DNA of 37,319 nucleotides from a virus (lineage: Duplodnaviria > Caudoviricetes): IMG/VR virus record IMGVR_UViG_3300043442_000283, positions 1 through 37,319 of that record; one strand, written 5' to 3'. Below, one piece after another: positions 34,519-37,319 of this stretch. Made by a program: the position numbers and the translations under genes. The notes below the pieces were generated by a model that did not search any database, was not told where the DNA came from, and was given only the letters and a program-made list of their open reading frames with translations. Within the stretch, counting starts at the first letter, position 1. Each line of letters starts with the position of its first letter.

Positions 34519-35588
34519 TGGTCCACACGCGCACAGCTTTTGATGAGCAGTTTGGGCGATCGCTCAGCCGCTCGATCACAGCGAACGCAGACCTGCCACT
34601 GAACTACGGTGCGGGCGGCGCACGCTTCCTGGTCATCAGTGCCAGCGCGGGCTTGAGCGTGCGTCTGCCTGATGCCAGAAAGCTGCGAACGGGCGCGGCT
34701 GTGTTCTCGATCTACAACAGCGGCTCCAACCTCTTCACGGTCACCGACTGGGCAGGCGCGTCAGTGCAGGTGCTGCTGCCTGGACGCATCGTGGAGCTGC
34801 ACCTGTTGTCCAACGCAACGTCTAGCGGCTCATGGTGGCCCGAGACGTTCGTTGCAAGTGCGGGCACGCCGCTGACGCTGGGGCGCGTTCCCCTAAGCAT
34901 CAAGGTCTCGTCGAACCAGTCGGGTTTGAACCTGAGAACGTTGGCGGATCGCTACGACTACACAGGCGAATACCCTCTGGCGTTGCGTGTTGAGATTGCG
35001 CAGAGCGTCAACATTGACGCCAACGTGCCAGGAGTCACAAGCCAGATCCGTGCCCTTGATACTGGTGTGTTCTTCGCAGGCACAACGATCCTGCTCGTGA
35101 ATCGCGGGACCATTCAAGGCTTGGGAGGTGCAGGTGGACAAGGTGCAGACAGCTTCCTAGGCGCAACGCCGAGTCCAGGCTTCAACGGTGGGACCGCGAT
35201 CTACGCACGCCACAACCTCACAATCGTCAACTTCGGGCTGATCGCTGGTGGCGGCGGAGGTGGCGGCGGCGGCGGTGCCTATGGCGGCGGCGGCGGCGGA
35301 GGCGGCGCAGGCTACCCTCCTGGGCGTGGAGGCTTGGGCCGCAACGGCGGGCAGAGCGGAGGCGACGGGAGCGCAACTCTAGGTCTTGGTGGCGCAGGAA
35401 GTGCAACAGGTGGAGCGGGTGGCGATGGCGGACCTTGGGGATCGGCAGGCACGGCAGGCAGCGCAGGAACCGGAGGCGCGGGCGCAGCTGCTGGAGCTGC
35501 AGGCTACGCGCTACTCTCAGCGGGCGGCGGGCCTGTCATCACGAAGCTGACGGCGGGAACGATCTACGGCCCGGAGGTTCTGTCGTGA
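34518..35588 (+). CDS. Glycine-rich tail-tip / fibre protein
   Basis: TGATG overlap. NRGTIQGLGGAGG, N.GLIAGGGGGGG and a long GGxGG run. Confidence 0.7.
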   Translation: MVHTRTAFDEQFGRSLSRSITANADLPLNYGAGGARFLVISASAGLSVRLPDARKLRTGAAVFSIYNSGSNLFTVTDWAGASVQVLLPGRIVELHLLSNATSSGSWWPETFVASAGTPLTLGRVPLSIKVSSNQSGLNLRTLADRYDYTGEYPLALRVEIAQSVNIDANVPGVTSQIRALDTGVFFAGTTILLVNRGTIQGLGGAGGQGADSFLGATPSPGFNGGTAIYARHNLTIVNFGLIAGGGGGGGGGGAYGGGGGGGGAGYPPGRGGLGRNGGQSGGDGSATLGLGGAGSATGGAGGDGGPWGSAGTAGSAGTGGAGAAAGAAGYALLSAGGGPVITKLTAGTIYGPEVLS

Positions 35589-36940
35589 CCATTCGCAGCG
35601 GTAGCCAAGCGTTGCAGAATCAGAAGTGGAGGCGTGCGCAAACGCTGTGCAACGTGTTCCGCGTCACGCGCCTTGACGGCTACGTGCTGCGCTTCACGGA
35701 TCATGATCGCATCTTGACCGTTGACGCAGAGCAGTATGCGCCTGCGTTGCTTGGCAGCTTGAGCGCAGAACGCAGAGACAGCGACCTCAAGGTCAGCAAC
35801 CAGGAGGCACGCGGCCTTGTGGACGGCTCGACTGTGTTGATCCCGGATCTGCTTGGCAACAAGTACCGCGGTGCCAAGGTCGAGCAGTGGATCGTCGATT
35901 GGCGCAGGCCTTGGGTGTGGCACTACCGTGCGACCAAGCGCATCCGCATGATGAGCTACGACGGGTCCGGTTGGGTTGCAACGCTTGAAGGCGTCAGCAC
36001 GCAGCTGCAGCAACCTGTTGGCGGTCGCTTCGGAGGCACGCACAGCCAGCAGTGCACCTACACGCTGGGCGACGCGGCGACCTGCAAGGCGGACATCTCG
36101 GATGACCTGATCTACAACGAGACGGCAATCACGGTGGCGACCGCTGGCACCACGGCGATTCTGATCGCGGTGTCGGGCACGCCTTGGACTACGAACCAGT
36201 GGGCGGGCTACTACTTCCACATGCGCGAGGGCACAGAGCGCGGCAAGGAGCGGCGCATCGTTAGCAACACGACCAACGTCCTGACCCTCGCTTCGTCGCT
36301 GGATGCGTCTCCTCTCAACGGGCAAGTCGGATGGATCGGGCAAGGCCCGCGTGTTGCCGCAGTCGTGTCGCCACGTATGGAGTTCACGATCACAGCAGGC
36401 GACTTCCCAACGTCTGCGTCCTACGTCAACAACTTCTTTCGCGACGGCGAGTGGCAATGGACCACGGGCGACAACGTTGGGCACGTGTCGCCCATCATCG
36501 AGTACGACGCAGGCACGCGCACGGTTCGCCTGCTGTTGCCAACGCCGTTCGACATCAACGCCAACGACCGCGGGATCATGCGCCCAGGTTGCGATGGTCT
36601 GATTGGCACGTGCTTCACGAAGTTCAGGCAGTTCCCCTTCAAGCAAGGCACAACGACTGCCAGCAGCACGACCACGCAGATCAACGACACGGCTGCGGGA
36701 ATGATCGTGAACCAATACCAGAACGGGAACTACAAGCTACGTCTGGTGTCTGGCCCGTTGGCGGGTGAAGAGCGAGCGATCGCAAGCAACGCCACGAACA
36801 GCTTCACGGTGTCGCCAGCGTTCTCTGCCGCGCCTGCGTCTGGCGTGAGCTACCGAGTCGTGAAGAACAACGTGGACAACTTCGGCGGGACCGACGTCTA
36901 CTCCCCTGGCGCGAACAAGACCATCGAGCAGATCGAGTGA
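35585..36940 (+). CDS. Baseplate hub (DUF2163 + BR0599-like, RcGTA g13-like) with inserted modules
   Basis: R.DG.VLRFTDHDR.L and four Cys (CTYTLGDAATC, GCDGLIGTC) resembling the Fe-S ligands of lambda gpL-type hubs. NVDNFGG near the end. Confidence 0.88.
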   Translation: MTIRSGSQALQNQKWRRAQTLCNVFRVTRLDGYVLRFTDHDRILTVDAEQYAPALLGSLSAERRDSDLKVSNQEARGLVDGSTVLIPDLLGNKYRGAKVEQWIVDWRRPWVWHYRATKRIRMMSYDGSGWVATLEGVSTQLQQPVGGRFGGTHSQQCTYTLGDAATCKADISDDLIYNETAITVATAGTTAILIAVSGTPWTTNQWAGYYFHMREGTERGKERRIVSNTTNVLTLASSLDASPLNGQVGWIGQGPRVAAVVSPRMEFTITAGDFPTSASYVNNFFRDGEWQWTTGDNVGHVSPIIEYDAGTRTVRLLLPTPFDINANDRGIMRPGCDGLIGTCFTKFRQFPFKQGTTTASSTTTQINDTAAGMIVNQYQNGNYKLRLVSGPLAGEERAIASNATNSFTVSPAFSAAPASGVSYRVVKNNVDNFGGTDVYSPGANKTIEQIE

Positions 36941-37319
36941 TGAGTATCAAGGGAGACATCATCGCTGCCGCAGCCGAGCGCATGGTCGGCACGCCGTTCC
37001 GGCATCAAGGTCGCAAGCCCAACTCGGGCCTCGACTGCGCGGGCGTTGTGTTGTGTTCTGTATGGTCGGCAGGTTGCGAGCTGCCCGACTGCATTGGCTA
37101 CGGACCGCAGCCGCGCTCGTCAGTCTTGCTTGCAGAGCTGCAGCAGCGCGCACGGCGTGTGCATCGTGACGATGCAGAGCCTGGAGACATCCTGTTGTTC
37201 GAGTGGCGCGAGGACATGCCGATGCACTTCGGCATCCTGTTGGCGAACGACTACCTAGTGCATGCGCACGGAGCGACTGGACGCGTGGTCAAGCATCGCT
37301 TGACGGCAGCATGGGCTGA
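36940..37319 (+). CDS. NlpC/P60 tail-tip peptidase (RcGTA g14-like), continues at 254-296
   Basis: MSIKGDIIAAA...GTPFRHQGR...GLDCAG (catalytic Cys)...PGDILLF...HFGI...VHAH. Confidence 0.92.
   Translation, partial: MSIKGDIIAAAAERMVGTPFRHQGRKPNSGLDCAGVVLCSVWSAGCELPDCIGYGPQPRSSVLLAELQQRARRVHRDDAEPGDILLFEWREDMPMHFGILLANDYLVHAHGATGRVVKHRLTAAWA
37067..37319. repeat. Terminal direct repeat, right copy
   Basis: Matches 1-253 at 249 of 253 positions. Confidence 0.97.

Noticed and set aside
35240-35480. GGC tandem repeats
   Set aside because: Simply encode the polyglycine tract of a tail protein.
33562-37319. Gene transfer agent
   Set aside because: The tail tip is RcGTA-like, but the element is circular with its own replication and recombination genes and no host flanks.

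Overview
The window is an apparently complete, circularly permuted genome of a GC-rich tailed (siphovirus-type) bacteriophage. Bases 1-253 repeat at 37067-37319 with 4 mismatches, all synonymous, giving a unit length of about 37,066 bp. Every credible gene is on the + strand, and most are translationally coupled. Modules: (i) RcGTA-like tail tip (DUF2460-like Dit, DUF2163/BR0599-like hub, NlpC/P60, large tip protein); (ii) an atypical lysis region with two lipoproteins and no recognisable endolysin, followed by a 593-aa unknown; (iii) replication initiator plus DnaC-like loader; (iv) an early region of small genes preceded by repeated promoter/hairpin/RBS elements, including a pyrimidine-dimer-glycosylase-like gene, DUF932, PD-(D/E)XK nuclease, ERF and RusA; (v) a ParB-domain protein plus a TAGT/GREB1-like glycosyltransferase directly before TerS/TerL; (vi) head, neck and tail genes with a -1 frameshifted chaperone. 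No integrase, repressor, polymerase, canonical SSB, tRNA or CRISPR was seen. Most unusual signals: an SGNH O-acetylesterase fused to the head-tail adaptor; one roughly 70-aa beta module inserted in several different virion proteins; three tandem cement-protein paralogs punctuated by hairpins; a Zn-finger protein ending in an SSB-like DDIPF tail; an orphan DNA-glycosyltransferase-like module; strong CCGG avoidance; and two highly structured intergenic regions. All family assignments come from motif recognition by eye, not from database searches.
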